Of a stretch of 64,000 nucleotides of DNA, positions 1 through 12,100 are shown piece by piece (within the stretch, counting starts at the first letter, position 1; every line of letters starts with the position of its first letter). Source of the DNA: Amoebophrya sp. A120 (Eukaryota; Protista; Dinoflagellata); the NCBI GenBank assembly GCA_905178155.1, contig CAJINV010000012.1, positions 243,271 to 307,270 of the forward strand, read 5' to 3'. The notes under the pieces are model-generated. The model was not told the DNA's origin. It saw only the letters and a list, made by a program, of their open reading frames with translations, and searched no databases. Made by a program: the position numbers and the translations under genes.

Positions 1-688
1 AAGCGCACATGGCAGATAGACAGATGAGGTTTATAGATACTTTTTTATCGTGCTTCAAAACCACAATTAAAATCCTCAACCTAAAAGACCGAAAAACGAA
101 CCCTGTCTTGAACAAAACCGATGACTGCAGACAGGGAGCCGGCTGAAAATGCGCTCGGCCGGTTTACAAGGTTATGTTGCTCGACGTCCAACGGGCGTGC
201 TTAAGTGGTGCTGGAAAGAACATGCAACACTACACAAAACAAAAGCACAACATCAGACCGCAGAAATCTTGCAATCCTTCGTATGTGTTCTACAGATCCG
301 GTATCGACGGTAATCGTGTAGTCTACAGTTTTTTCTGGCGCGCCGCAGATGCAGCTCCAACTACGTCTGCTGGTGCTGCAGTATTATACTTCAGCATCAC
401 AAACTAGTTGTACTTCTTTTTGGAACTGCGTCAAAGGAGGTTTTTTGTCATGCACAAAAGCGAAGATGGTGCATGTGCAGGAAGCTGGAGTGCAGGTATA
501 CATTGACAAAAACAGTTGCTCGTTACCCTGGACCAAAGATTCGCTCCGCCCATACCTCAGGTGAAGAGCAGCCAAAAGACCGTTTCGCGGCTATCGTACG
601 AAAAAACTGCTATTTCACTGATGTTAACCGATTTTGGTTTTGCATGAAATTATAAAGGTTGGACTGCCCAACGAGGTCCTTGTTCCGC

Positions 689-3600
689 CTAAGGGAAAAC
701 TTCGCAGCTTAAAATCCGCTGTTTTGCATTCCTAGCAAGACGGAGACAAACCCATCTCAACTTCTGTGCTGCAGGACATGCTGCATTTTCGAATCCGAAA
801 GTTACCACAACTGAAGCAGTTTTTCCTATACGATAGCCGATGTTCAGAGTCGAGTGCCACCAGTCGTCGGGTAGCCACAATGCTTCGTCTTCATTTTGCG
901 TGCACATTTGAATCGTCGCCAGTATCCTGGAGAAAAGCGTGCCTGTACCCGTTTCAGATGGAAGATCTGGGAAAATCTGCTACGGCTACGCAGGTTCGAA
1001 AATTGATTTGCAAACTGCGTAGGACAAGCCTGAACCCGATGCAGTGCGGTCTTCTCTTCGTGCTTTTTATCGATGAAGACTTCGCTACATTTTCTATATT
1101 CTGATTGATGGAGGTTGGCAAATTGCGAAAGAGCAACACGAGTTGTTAAAAAGGCCCTCCATGCCTACCAGCATGCAACCAGACTTGCACTTGCTTCATA
1201 TGACAATCCGCATGACAAATTTACTGTCGTGGGCACGTTTTATTTCCACAGGATAGCGGAGTCTTTATCTTCTTGGTCGTAGAACCAGTTGAAGCTCGAC
1301 TTTTCCGGGTCGAAGGGTGCATCTATCAATTGCAAATATGTCTGATTCTGGAAGATTCTGAGACTTGTCATGCACGTTTTGCATGAGTCATGATATCTGT
1401 GACGCGTGCCCTAGCATCACAGATTTTTTGAGGGCTTCTTGATGCATATTCCGCATGACAAATGCCTTCTCCGCGCAGGAAAAATTGCACTCCCTTTGCT
1501 GCTCATGCAATACAGATTTTTTTGGAATCCAACTGCAGCATCACAAGTTGCATCCTTCCAGACCTAGACATATTTGCAATGCATAGGATCGACGGGTTTG
1601 CTATTTGCAGCGGAGGAGGTGAAAAGGGGTTTCTTTTCCACGTGTCGATGTCCTTGGGGATTCAGATTGTCCTGCTTGGTAGAAGTGGTTTTTGCAGCTT
1701 TCATCGAGTTGATCTTGTGATCCTGAAGTTGTAGATCCTCTTGGTCTTGTTTCGTCGCGGAAGCGACGACTCCTCCAGCCAAGTCCCCACTGTTCATCGC
1801 AACGTCGAAAAGATCAGACTCGGTTGACCCGCCGTGTCGCCTAGCTCCTCCGCGTCGCCCCGTTCTCGCCAGTTCTTTCCGGTGCGCTGCTGCTGCTGCT
1901 GTTGACGGGGAAGTGCGGCTGGGAGCAGGAGAAACATGTTCCAGGAGGTCCACCTGTTCTGTACTGTCACCAGTCGACTCCTGCACTGATCTCGCGCCCA
2001 CGATATTTTCGATCCCGACTGAAAGCAAGTTTGTGCCATCCTGCGTGGATGAAGTTGTAGGCGTCTTTATCAACAGTTCGACATCCTCGATTTTTGAAGA
2101 CGTGCTGGCGGACACCTCCGTAGTACTATGGGCTGCAGCTGCAGCTCTTGCGTGGGCGGCCGGAATTCCTTTTCGCTTCACCTCCGAGCTGGTCGGCGCG
2201 ACAAACCAGCGCTTGCGCCGGTATGAAAGTGGACAAGAACTTCTCGGCACCCACTACTTCCTCTCCTTTGTACTACAGCATCTTCAGCGACAGAAAGAGG
2301 TCCGGAAAAATGCAGCAACTACCGGACAAATTGACGTCCGGACAATAGCGCGGTTTATTGGGATTCATCCGGTCCTGGACGAACTTGTATATGCAAATAC
2401 TGTCCAATAGCAAACTACCAAGACTTATGCCGATTTTGCATGACAAGTGAGGAGGGGACCATCAAGGGGGTGTTCGGAGTTGTCCACTATCTTAGTCCAT
2501 TTGTCACTTCGAGCAGGGCCCCTCCGTGCCGGTGCAACGGGATGCCGGACCCCGTCCGCCCGATCCCGAAAGCCAGGGCGCCATGCTCACTGTTGGGCAG
2601 CCACGACGGGCGCACGTTATGCAATGCAAAAGCATCGTAGAAGTTGTAGAACCCGTTACTAGTAATTCTAATTGCAAGCAGGCATTGGCATTCCAAACCT
2701 CTTTCTGAAGGTAGACGCGCATTACAAATTCGATTCTCCTGCTAGAGAAACAGAAACTTGTCGTGCGCTTTCTACTAGTACGATGCAACTTTTGCGTGGG
2801 ATACACGTACTCGTCCAGTAACTCGGGCCAAAAATTGTCGCCGCACAGGTACCAGTATGGATTGCAAATATGTCTGGGTCGTCCTCTGGATTTGTGATGC
2901 GGGAGCGGGACTTCAAGGACAGCAGGTGAATGATCTGTATATGCCCTAATGCGATTGGACAATTTTGTTGTCGTGCTGTATGGAGGTAGTTTGTAATGCT
3001 AAATGCGAATGAATCCGAAAGAAGCTCAAGCTGAGGAAAACTTCTAATTACTGTTATGCCGTACAAGCAGCCATTCTGCAAAAGTGGCAGCAACCGTTAC
3101 TTATACAAGCTCCGCCCCCAGACATATTTTAAATGCGTAACCAGGTGGTGCTAGCATTTTTCTGCAGCTCGTGATTATGCACTGCAAAAGTATCGCACTC
3201 GTATAAATGCATTACAAATCTTCTCAGCGTGAGAAATGAAATTTGTAATGCTGATTTGCCTTGAGAGAGAGATTTGTAATGCATGACTGCAATTACTACG
3301 AGTGCGATACTTTTGCACAGGATAGTGATCGAGCGATGGCAGCCTCTCGAAGGTTTTCAAATACTCCGCGAAGCTCATGTACTTCTTGTCGTGCGAGTAA
3401 GTAACCGCGTTGGACAGAATCACCTGCTTATCTCCGAACTCGCGCAGCATCCTGTGCTTCTGCGTCTTCGCCTTCAGGGCGTGGTTGAGTCGGTATATGG
3501 AAGTGCCAGAATCGAAATTGACAAAATCGAAATGATTTGTCATGCATAAAATGGATTCCAGTTCGAACCCAGTTTCTAAGCGGCGCATGACAAATTCTGG

Positions 3601-5967
3601 TGATACCTAAATCCAGTTTGTGATGCTGTTTAGGCAAAGAAGACTGATTCTCTCATGCTGCTTCAGCAGCTCGAGCTATAACCCCAAACAGGCTTACAAT
3701 CGGCCTCACTTGCCTGCTCTGAAACACACGTATTTCGCGTCATGCATTTTATGCATCACAAGTTTTTCGATTTTATCAATTTCGATCCTGACAGTTCCAT
3801 ACGGTAGTTCGTGAACATGTAGGGTTTATTGGACCAGCTTTATCCAAATGAATAAATTATGGAAGCGTCAGGTTTGAAATCGTCAAAGTTGAAATAATTT
3901 GTAATGCATAAAATGCATGACCCGAGGCACGTGTGTTGCAGAGCAGGCAAGTGAGGCCGATTGTAAGCCTGTTGGGGGCTACAGCTCGAGCTGCTAAAGT
4001 AGCATGAGAAAATCACTCTTCTTTGCCTAAACAGCATGACAAACTGGATTTACTAACCACCGAAATTTGTCATGCGCCACTTGGAAACTGGGTTCCAAAT
4101 GGCGTCCGTTTTATGCATGACAAATTATTTCAACTTTGTCGATTTCAACTCTGACACATCCATATAAATCGAGGAAACCGTAGACGTTCCGGCGGTAGAT
4201 AATCAATGCATGGAAACGAAACTGTTCTTGTACAAGAACTTCAGTAAATCATATTCCGCATGACAAGTCTCATGCTCCTTCAGGTTGGCAACAATAAATT
4301 GTCTTCATCCGACATCACTATAATCCATTTCATTTGTGCTACATGTACGGTCACGTCGGTTGTAAATTTGTCTTGCATAAGTCCAAGCGGGCGGGGTCAA
4401 AATCTGGACTCGAGACGTCGATCTTTTCCCAGTCGTATCCTGTGCAAAAGTATCGCACTCGTAGTAATTGCAATCATGCATTACAAATTTTTTCCTTCAG
4501 GTAAATCAGCATTACAAATTTCCTTTCTCATGCTGAGGAAATTTGTAATGCGTTTATACGAGTACGATACTTTTGCAGTTCATAAGTCGCACCGGTCCAC
4601 ATCGCGGAGGAGAAAATCGTATCCGACAACAGTGTATCCTGTGCGAAAGTAGTATCGCATTCGTATAAATGCAAGTCTTGCATTACAAATATTTTTCCTA
4701 CAGGTATATCAACATGACAAATCTTATTTTTGATGCTGCGCAAATTTGTAATGCATTTATACGAGTACGATACTTTTGCAGTTCATACGGTGGACCAGTT
4801 GGCTTTATTCTCGACGTGCGGCGATTCCGGCTTCAGCATTTCTGGCTCCGTTGAAAAAGACGTGCCGGACGTGGTCGTCCTCGTGGCGCCGGGAGATTTG
4901 GGTCGTGGACCTGCAGAAGTCAATGCCGCAGTTGTAGTACCGGTCCTGGTGGTATCCTCCTCGTTAGCTGCAGGACCACCACTACCTGCACGGTGAGCAA
5001 TAAATTTTTCCAAGACTTCTTCATTTTCAGACGAAAGTTCCACTTCCTCCGAAAATTTTTCCTGCTCAAAAAATCGGATCTGCATCAAGTCCGGGGTTTC
5101 CGCGATGGTGTCCTTCCGTGAATTAGAGTCTTTGTGCAGCATGGGATCGTGCAAGTAACAAATCTGTTGTGGGTTCTCGGAAGTAGTGGATGAAACACCT
5201 CCTTCGCCGGCGAGGAGACACGTCTCGGTTTCAGGACGACCTTCCAGCGCCTGTTGCGCCACCTCTTCACTACTTTCTTGTGGTGGAAGCGCAGACGTAG
5301 TGGTAGTGGGAAGCGTCCTCCGCAGTAGTTCCTCTTCACCTCCGTCCACGAAAGGCGGTGAAAATCCGTCGACGCTTGCTTGACGTGTTGACTCAGCAGG
5401 GTCCACTTCCTGATCAGGAGGTGCTGTGCTGGTACCCGCTGCCTGTCCGGAAAAGTGCTTGTCACCTTCACCACGACGGGGAGGTACTAGTTGCACATGT
5501 TGTTCAATAACGCCTGCATCCGCTCGGGCGAAAAGAAAAAGACGGCCCAGAGACTGTTGCTCTCCATTCTCGCCACCGAGGATGGAAGACCACGTGAGCA
5601 GGCTGAAAATCGTGGCGCAGAGGAGGAAAATGGACACAAAGTAGGCGACAGCAGCTTTATCTCGCGATGGCATAATTCGGCGACGAAATAATCTCGATTC
5701 TGACCGACACGTCGAAGTAGTGCCGCTAGTACAACAACCGTCGTCGGAGAACATTTTAGCGTAGTTCTTTGGCCGAAAACGAAAATGATCGGTGCGGTGT
5801 CGTTGTTTCGCTCGGTCGGGACGAAGTACTTCCCAAGCGACGAGACGAAAATGCCTGTCGTTTAAATTTGACGCAGGCGAGCCGGAAGAAAAAAGCGTCA
5901 TGATGTAGTGGACGGCGGTAGGTCCGACCGTCTTCGTGGTGATTGTGGTAAATGCAGACTCGGGCAC
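689..5967 (-). CDS. JMJD8-like JmjC-domain protein with N-terminal hydrophobic segment; 10 introner introns; start codon uncertain
   Basis: Manual splicing gives ...RCDWEKIDVSS...LDWSNKPYMFTNYRLN...MLREFGDKQVILSNAVTYSHDKKYMSFAEY...TTWYLCGDNFW...FGIGRTGSGIPLHRHGGALLEVTNGRKRWFV...PFDPEKSSFNWF...IQMCTQNEDEALWLPDDWWHSTLN, colinear with JMJD8 motifs (HxH, GRKRW, PDxWWHxTLN). Confidence 0.85.
923..1255. mobile_element. Introner element (non-canonical intron), degenerate direct repeat
   Basis: tatcctgg...ccacaggata; flanks gccag/gcgga; removing element + 5 nt gives DSATIQMCTQ. Confidence 0.75.
1324..1585. mobile_element. Introner, family B (~260 bp)
   Basis: tatcaattgcaaatatgtct...agacatatttgcaatgcata; DR gcatc/ggatc. 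Confidence 0.85.
2222..2494. mobile_element. Introner, degenerate direct repeat
   Basis: IR tatgaaagtggacaa/ttgtccactatctta; removal + 5 nt restores EVTNGRKRW. Confidence 0.8.
2618..2803. mobile_element. Introner, family A
   Basis: tatgcaatgcaaaag...cttttgcgtgggata; DR cacgt. Confidence 0.85.
2856..3139. mobile_element. Introner, family B-like termini
   Basis: tatggattgcaaatatgtctggg...cccagacatattttaaatgcgta; DR accag; restores TTWYLCGDN. Confidence 0.85.
3176..3324. mobile_element. Introner, family A (149 bp)
   Basis: tatgcactgcaaaagtatcg...cgatacttttgcacaggata; DR gtgat. Confidence 0.9.
3496..3801. mobile_element. Introner, family G (306 bp)
   Basis: tatggaa...ttccata; DR cggta; reverse-complement paralogue of 3858-4164. 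Confidence 0.9.
3841..4379. mobile_element. Old introner hosting a nested element
   Basis: tatccaaatgaataaat...atttgtcttgcata; removal + 5 nt gives RLDWSNKPY. Confidence 0.7.
3858..4164. mobile_element. Introner, family G, nested in 3841-4379
   Basis: tatggaag...catccata; perfect DR taaat. Confidence 0.9.
4436..4584. mobile_element. Introner, family A (149 bp), opposite orientation to 3176-3324
   Basis: tatcctgtgcaaaag...cttttgcagttcata; DR agtcg. Confidence 0.9.
4635..4787. mobile_element. Introner, family A
   Basis: tatcctgtgcgaaag...cttttgcagttcata; DR cagtg/cggtg. Confidence 0.85.
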
Positions 5968-6837
5968 CAGAAGCGCCAGCCACTCAGAATTCTATTGACC
6001 ACTACACAACTTGTCCTCCTTGTCCTTGGGCAGCAGATGGAATGATCACAGAACCTGCTACAGCTTTCGCGCAGATGATCAGCTAGATCTCCATAGAGCT
6101 TTTTTTACGCACGATTGCAATCATCACTATCGGACAATAACGCCACAAATCATACAAAAAATGGTGTCACGTCAACATCTTACCAAACAGAAAAGTTGAT
6201 CTGATCCACTACAAAAGCAAAAAATAAAGAATGTCGCGATCTTGTTCGCCTGGTGCTACAAAATAAACCAAAGCTACTGGACCTGCTCTTATTTCGAGAT
6301 CTTTGAAAACAGATAAACAGATGTAGTTTTTTCGACCGAACTCGTACTTGAACTTGTTAGGTAGAAATATACCACAGGATCCAGCTGGCATAAAGTTATG
6401 TGCGTGTTGAGCTTCATCTTTGCCATCAAATCCCACCTCGTCCGTAGCACTATCCTATGACAAACAGGCGCAAATATCTGCTCAACACTCTGGCCAGTCA
6501 CGTGCTTGCAGCACACGGGCGGATCGTGTAGCAGAAAAATCCTTCTTCACTATAGTGAAGATGCTGCAGCAAGAGAAACAGCTGGAGCTGCAGCACTTCG
6601 TTCTACATTTCACCAGGAGCAAATAGTAATAGATCGAAAGGGGAACACAGTTGATCTTGATTAGGTGAAGTTGACCCGGCGGCGCCTGGTTATCTCTACT
6701 TCTACTTCATCTGCGATTTGGTTAACCTAGTTTCGGGAAGAGCAAGAAGGCAAGGAGGCCCAGGTTGGAAGAGGTCGTGCGAATGGAAATTCGCGGTGTT
6801 TGTGTAGTTACAATGTCCTAGCTCACCATCCACCTGG

Positions 6838-8056
6838 TAAAAATGGTCTACACGCAGCCCGATCTTCTACTTACAATGGTCTACACGCGCCAATGAGGGG
6901 CGTGGCGCCCGCGCGAGACCCGCGCGCGCCGCGCCAAATCGGGGCCGCGGCCGGCGGTCGGGTCTGTGGCCCGGGAGGGGGGGGGTGCATCCGGGGCCCT
7001 TTTTTTCGGAAAATTGCCCCCCTTCTTGGGGGGGGGGGTAAAATGGGGCCCAAAGTGGCCCATTTTACCCCCCCCCTGTAGCATCGGGGGAAGGGCCAAA
7101 ATTGCCCCCCCCTCAAAAGGGGGGTTCATTTTTCGGCTTTCTTGATCCCCGGGCCCCCGTTTGCTGCTTTGCCCACCCTTTGCGCGCGCACCTGCTCTGT
7201 TCTTGTCGTGGCGCCCCCTTGTCTATTGCCTTTTCGTCTGCTTCAACCGAGCGAAAGACGCCCACCGAGGTGTGGTCTACCTGCCATATGACTAAAATGC
7301 TTTGTGGCCTTGCAACTGAATAGCACCCCAGCGACATCATCCAAGAGAAATCATGAGCGACCCTCCGTGGCCCCGGCACCTCTTCGCTTCGCGGCCATTA
7401 GCAGGCCCGCGCGACAGCTTGTAGGCGTTCCGGCGGCGTCATGGTGCGCCTCAACTGCAATAAGCTCTGGCTGCCGAAGGAGGCGACAAAAAAAATATCG
7501 CCAAACGTATGGGCGGCCGCAATGGAGGCCTCCGGCCTGCAGGACGCGTCCCCGAGCGGACAGTGCAGCGCCGCGCCGGAGAAGTGCAGGATGCGTCTTG
7601 CGCAGCTCGTCGCGAAACCGCCGGCCGCCCCCACCCAAGCCTCCCAGAAAGGGGACGCCAACAAACAGCAGAAGGAGTGGACGACCACGGTGGGCATCAG
7701 CAGCGACGACGACCGCGCGAACTGGGAGAGGATCTTGAGCTGGGTGCCACAGCGCACCAAGCTGCACTGCGTGTGCAGGATGGACATCGACGATGGGGGC
7801 ACTGCAGATGAAAATCTGAACCCATTCAAATTCGAAAGAGGGCAGGACCTCCACGCAAACGCTTTTTCGAACGCTTGAACATGTACACAGACATATGAAA
7901 AAACACGCCCGCAATCTGGGGAAGTGGTTACTTCCCCAAATCAAGAAAACAACTAATTTCGCCCCCCCCTTCCAAGGTGTTCCCAAAAAACATGTACTTC
8001 TTCCGATTTTCTGGTCTAATAAAAATGGTCTACACGCAGCCCGATCTTCTACTTAC
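6838..8056. mobile_element. GC-rich insertion bounded by a 37-bp direct repeat; class unknown
   Basis: taaaaatggtctacacgcagcccgatcttctacttac at 6838-6874 and 8020-8056; internal G/C-run palindromes and a 145-aa ORF (7441-7878). Confidence 0.5.
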
Positions 8057-9115
8057 TTCGTCGAAACAGCAGGGCTAAAACAACCGCCCTTGGCTGCCTC
8101 GCGATCTCATCTTTTTCAGCGGGGAAAAGCTCTGTCTGTTAGGTCGTGGGGGGAAGGTCGTGATGCTGGTAAAGATGTATCTATGCGAAAGGACGGCTGT
8201 GATTTTGTATTTGTTCAAAAAACTTGTACAGACTACTTGTCCACCAGGATACACAATCGTAGGTCAACATATCAAAGAAGTCGTAGTCGTACTACCATTT
8301 ACTACAAATACAAAGCGATCATACTAGCGTTCATTTTCAACTACAGTCTGCGCGAAGAAATCCGAATCAACTCATTTTCTTTGAAATGTTCGTTCATATT
8401 TTATTCCTTGTGGTACAATTGGTGGACTCTCCTCCGGATCTCTCCTTACAGCAGCAGCGCCGGATCTCTCCTTACAGCACAAGTGGCGGAATCAGTATTT
8501 ATTATGTGCTGCTTCATCAACATCTCGGTAGAAGAAGATGTGCTCCGACTCCTTGTACTGTATACTTCCTGCCCCTGCGTGGTGCCGACTGCGTCGTGGA
8601 GCTCTTTGTCGTGACTGACTAAAGATGCTGCGTCAACGAAGTCCGGTATAAACTGCGTCCTCGAGGGTCGTTTGGCTTCCAGCGTTGAAAAAAAACCGTT
8701 CTTTGCTCGTCTTCTTCACTTCTCGTATCGTCGTGTAGTTGACCGCCGTGGGATCATCGGCGTAGACGATCCCTTGTTCGCCTAGAATTGTTCTTCGCCT
8801 AGAAGTACTGAGCAGTGTGAAACAGAAAGTCGATAAACTTTTTCTCGTTCTCCAGCACTTCTACTTCGCGTTACTCTGCGATGACGTGCTGCTCGTTACC
8901 GACTTTATTGACTGCTTCGACTGTGTGTTTTTTCCCATGCCGCCGCTATTTATGCTAGAGAAGTAGAAGGTACTGTTTTCTAGAATCTAAGAGCTGCAGT
9001 GACGGTCTTCACGACAAGAAATTCGTTTCTGTTACGTGGAAATCGGCATGTATAACAACTGTACAAACAAGAACGTCCTGTGCTGGAGCTTGTTTAAGAG
9101 AGTTTCGCAGCGTTT

Positions 9116-12100
9116 CTAGAATGAATCAGTATAGTCTTTTTCTCGTCTCATACTTCCGTTGACGATGACATTCGACGCCCCGTCCGCCTGCTGCTGGTGA
9201 AAGTCGGCGATCAGGTTCATGTATGCACTGCAAAAGTATCGCGCTCGTAGTAAAAATCGCTGTCATGCATTACAAATCTAGTTGGTTAGGTAAATCCGCA
9301 TTACAAATTCAATTTGTAAAAATGCTGAGCCAATTTGTATTGCGATTTTTACTACGTACGATGCTTTTGCAGTGCATATCATGGCCTCCTGGGTTTTCAG
9401 CTGCAGGTCGGACACCATGTCGGTCAGCGACCCGTAGATCATCTCGTCCCGCTTGTTGCCCTTGTGTATCATCTGCTCCGCCTGCGCCTGCTTCTCGTGG
9501 CACAGCTCCACCTGCTGCAACAGCTGCTTGTAGCGCTGCTCCATCTGGTTCAACTGCTGCTGGAGCAGGGAGTTCTGCGACTTCAGGGTCTCCACGTCCC
9601 GGTTGCTCGCGGCTAACACTGCGGCCTGCGCCGCCGAATCTTGGTATCAAAATGAAAAAATGTTGTTTCTGGGTCCTCTGGAAAGGGTTTTTATCCTGCT
9701 CGGCTGGAGGAAAGAACTCCATAGGAACCGCTTTGTTTTCCTCACGCGCAGCCAAGCATGAGAAGTTTTGGTGACGCGGGGGCCCATCATTTGCTGCGTA
9801 TTGTCCATGACAAAGTTTTACGAATCGCGTTTTATTCCCATGAGATGACAAACAACGGGAAAGACTCCCCATCTAGCATGACACGGTTGAAAGTCAGGCC
9901 AAATAAGCAAGACAAATGCAAGAAATCTTGCATGATTCACCTTTCCAGACCCAAAGAACATCACATTTGCAATGGATATTTGGGAAGTAGAAGCGTTGTC
10001 CGCGGAAGTAGTGGTTGGCTTCGCGCGCGCGCCCCGTGGTCTGGTGGTTGTACCTCCGGCTCCGGCGGCAGGCTGTTTCCGTGAGGTAGAAGATGAGAAT
10101 TTCAAGTATGCACGACAAATGTTCCGTCGATCATGTTGACATCTTCTTCTCATGTACTACGGACTGTTTGATTTACAAGGTTACGAGCAAAGTATTTCAA
10201 AAAATGGAAATGTCTACATACATCATTCGCTCAAATTCTACTTCGACTCCGAAATGTAACAAAGACGCAACGAAAGAAAATCATCATCTAGCAAATCATC
10301 AACTCTGTCCATCAACTAGTTCTAGTACCTGCTGCACCACCTGCACGACGACGTTCTCGCTGCTGTTCCCTCCGCCAAACCACGAGCATCCGTTCAGGAA
10401 CCAAAAGTTGAACCAGAGAAAAAGCACTGCCAGGTAAAACACCGCCACCGGGGGGTGCTCGTAGAAAAACGCGGACAGCTTCACGGTCTGCAGACTGGTA
10501 TCAACTGCAAAAGTGTCTGGGTCTGGGAGGATGGGACTTGTGATGCGTCCTGTGGGTCACACAAAAATCTGTGTTGCGTGATCAGCAAAAGTTGTCCTTT
10601 TTTAACCAACACGAGCGGGAACTTCTCATGCCGGGTAGGCATGATAGAGACTTCGCAGAATTTGTCATGCTAGGTCCCGCATTCCAGACCTCATGGGGCA
10701 TGTAAAATATGCATGACAAGTCTGCATTCGTCCAGACCCAGACATTTTTGCATTTGATAACTGGCGTAGAATTCCAATTCCGTCGCGAACCACTTTGCGT
10801 AGACTGGCACTGCTATGCAATGTAAATTTCCCGCACATGTACAAAATGCATGACAAATTCCGCTAACTTGCAGTGTACAACTTGTCATGCTAGACTAGGA
10901 TTGAAGGCAAGTTTTGTCATGCAGAGACTGCATTTGTACGTGTACGGGAAATTTACTGTGGATAACTGCGTACTTGAGTTTATCCAAAAAAACCTCTGAA
11001 CTCAATGCGTCGACTTTCTTCACGGAGGGGGTCGCGGTCGCCGTCGCACCTCTGCCGGCCGCTGCTTTCGACGTATTCGGGCCCTGCTGTGATCTCGCGT
11101 GGTTGTGCGCCGGAGGGGCTACTCTAGTGGAAGCAGGCGCAGGATGCTGCTTGTTGTTTTGGTGAGGCTGCGGCTGTGAATGTGATTATTTGAGGTTGAT
11201 AAATCGGATGTACAAAGGAGAATGGCAAATGTTGATTTTTTTGTAAGTATGTTCTTCATATACATATTTGCTTTGTTCCAAAACTTGAAATCGCAAGAAT
11301 GCCGAAACAAGACGACCTGCTTCATCTTCGCCCCTGTAGAAATCTTGCCACCAAATAAACTACACGCACGTACAAGTAAAGATAAGTACCTCGGCCGCCG
11401 TGTTTTGTTGCTGCTGTCCCCCCGGCTGCCCGGCCGCTGGCTGCTGTTGCTGCGAAGTCGATCCGACCGTCGCCGCAGTGTCTCCTCCTGGGGCCGCCCC
11501 CGGCGGTACCTGACCACCTCCCGGAGGCGCCACGCCCTGTGCAGTCGCTTGCTGTTGCTGCTGCTGCCCTTGCTGCTGTTCCTGCCCTGCTGATAACGAC
11601 GCTGCAACGCCTGGTGGGCCTGTGAGATGTTGCTGGTGGTGCTGTTGTTGCGCCCCTCCAGCGGGCAGAGAGGCCGACGTGTCTGGTTGTTGCTGGTTGT
11701 AACCTGGAGAACCACTAGCAGCAGGAACTTGTTGGTGTTGATTCAGTTGTAAAGACGGGTCTTGCAATTGCTGCTGCTGCTGCTGCTGCGCATTCACATT
11801 ACCGACCGCATCATCTTGCGGAATCTGTCCTGGTAGTTGCTGTTGTCCGTTTTGTTGTACTACCCCTCCAGCACCTGCCGCTGCTCCTTGCTGCTGCTGC
11901 ACCGGGTCGACCCCCAGCTGCTGCACCCCCTGTGTAATTGTGGCAGTACCTGCTCCAGCAGCGGGATAATTGTTGTTCCCAGCCGCGCCGAGGTTCATTG
12001 GCGTTCCCAGGTTGCTGTTTTCCACCTGGTGAGCATGAGCAGTACCATCGCCCGGGACCACGCCAGCACTTCCCTCCGCTCCGCCGAGCATTTCCCCGGC

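Noticed and set aside
4436-4445. CAG inside the family A terminus (cacag|gata) as a canonical acceptor
   Set aside because: No nearby GT donor restores the frame, and the inverted copy at 3176-3324 lacks it in transcript sense.
8433-8480. 20-bp local duplication ccggatctctccttacagca
   Set aside because: Two copies only, ordinary slippage; no further structure.
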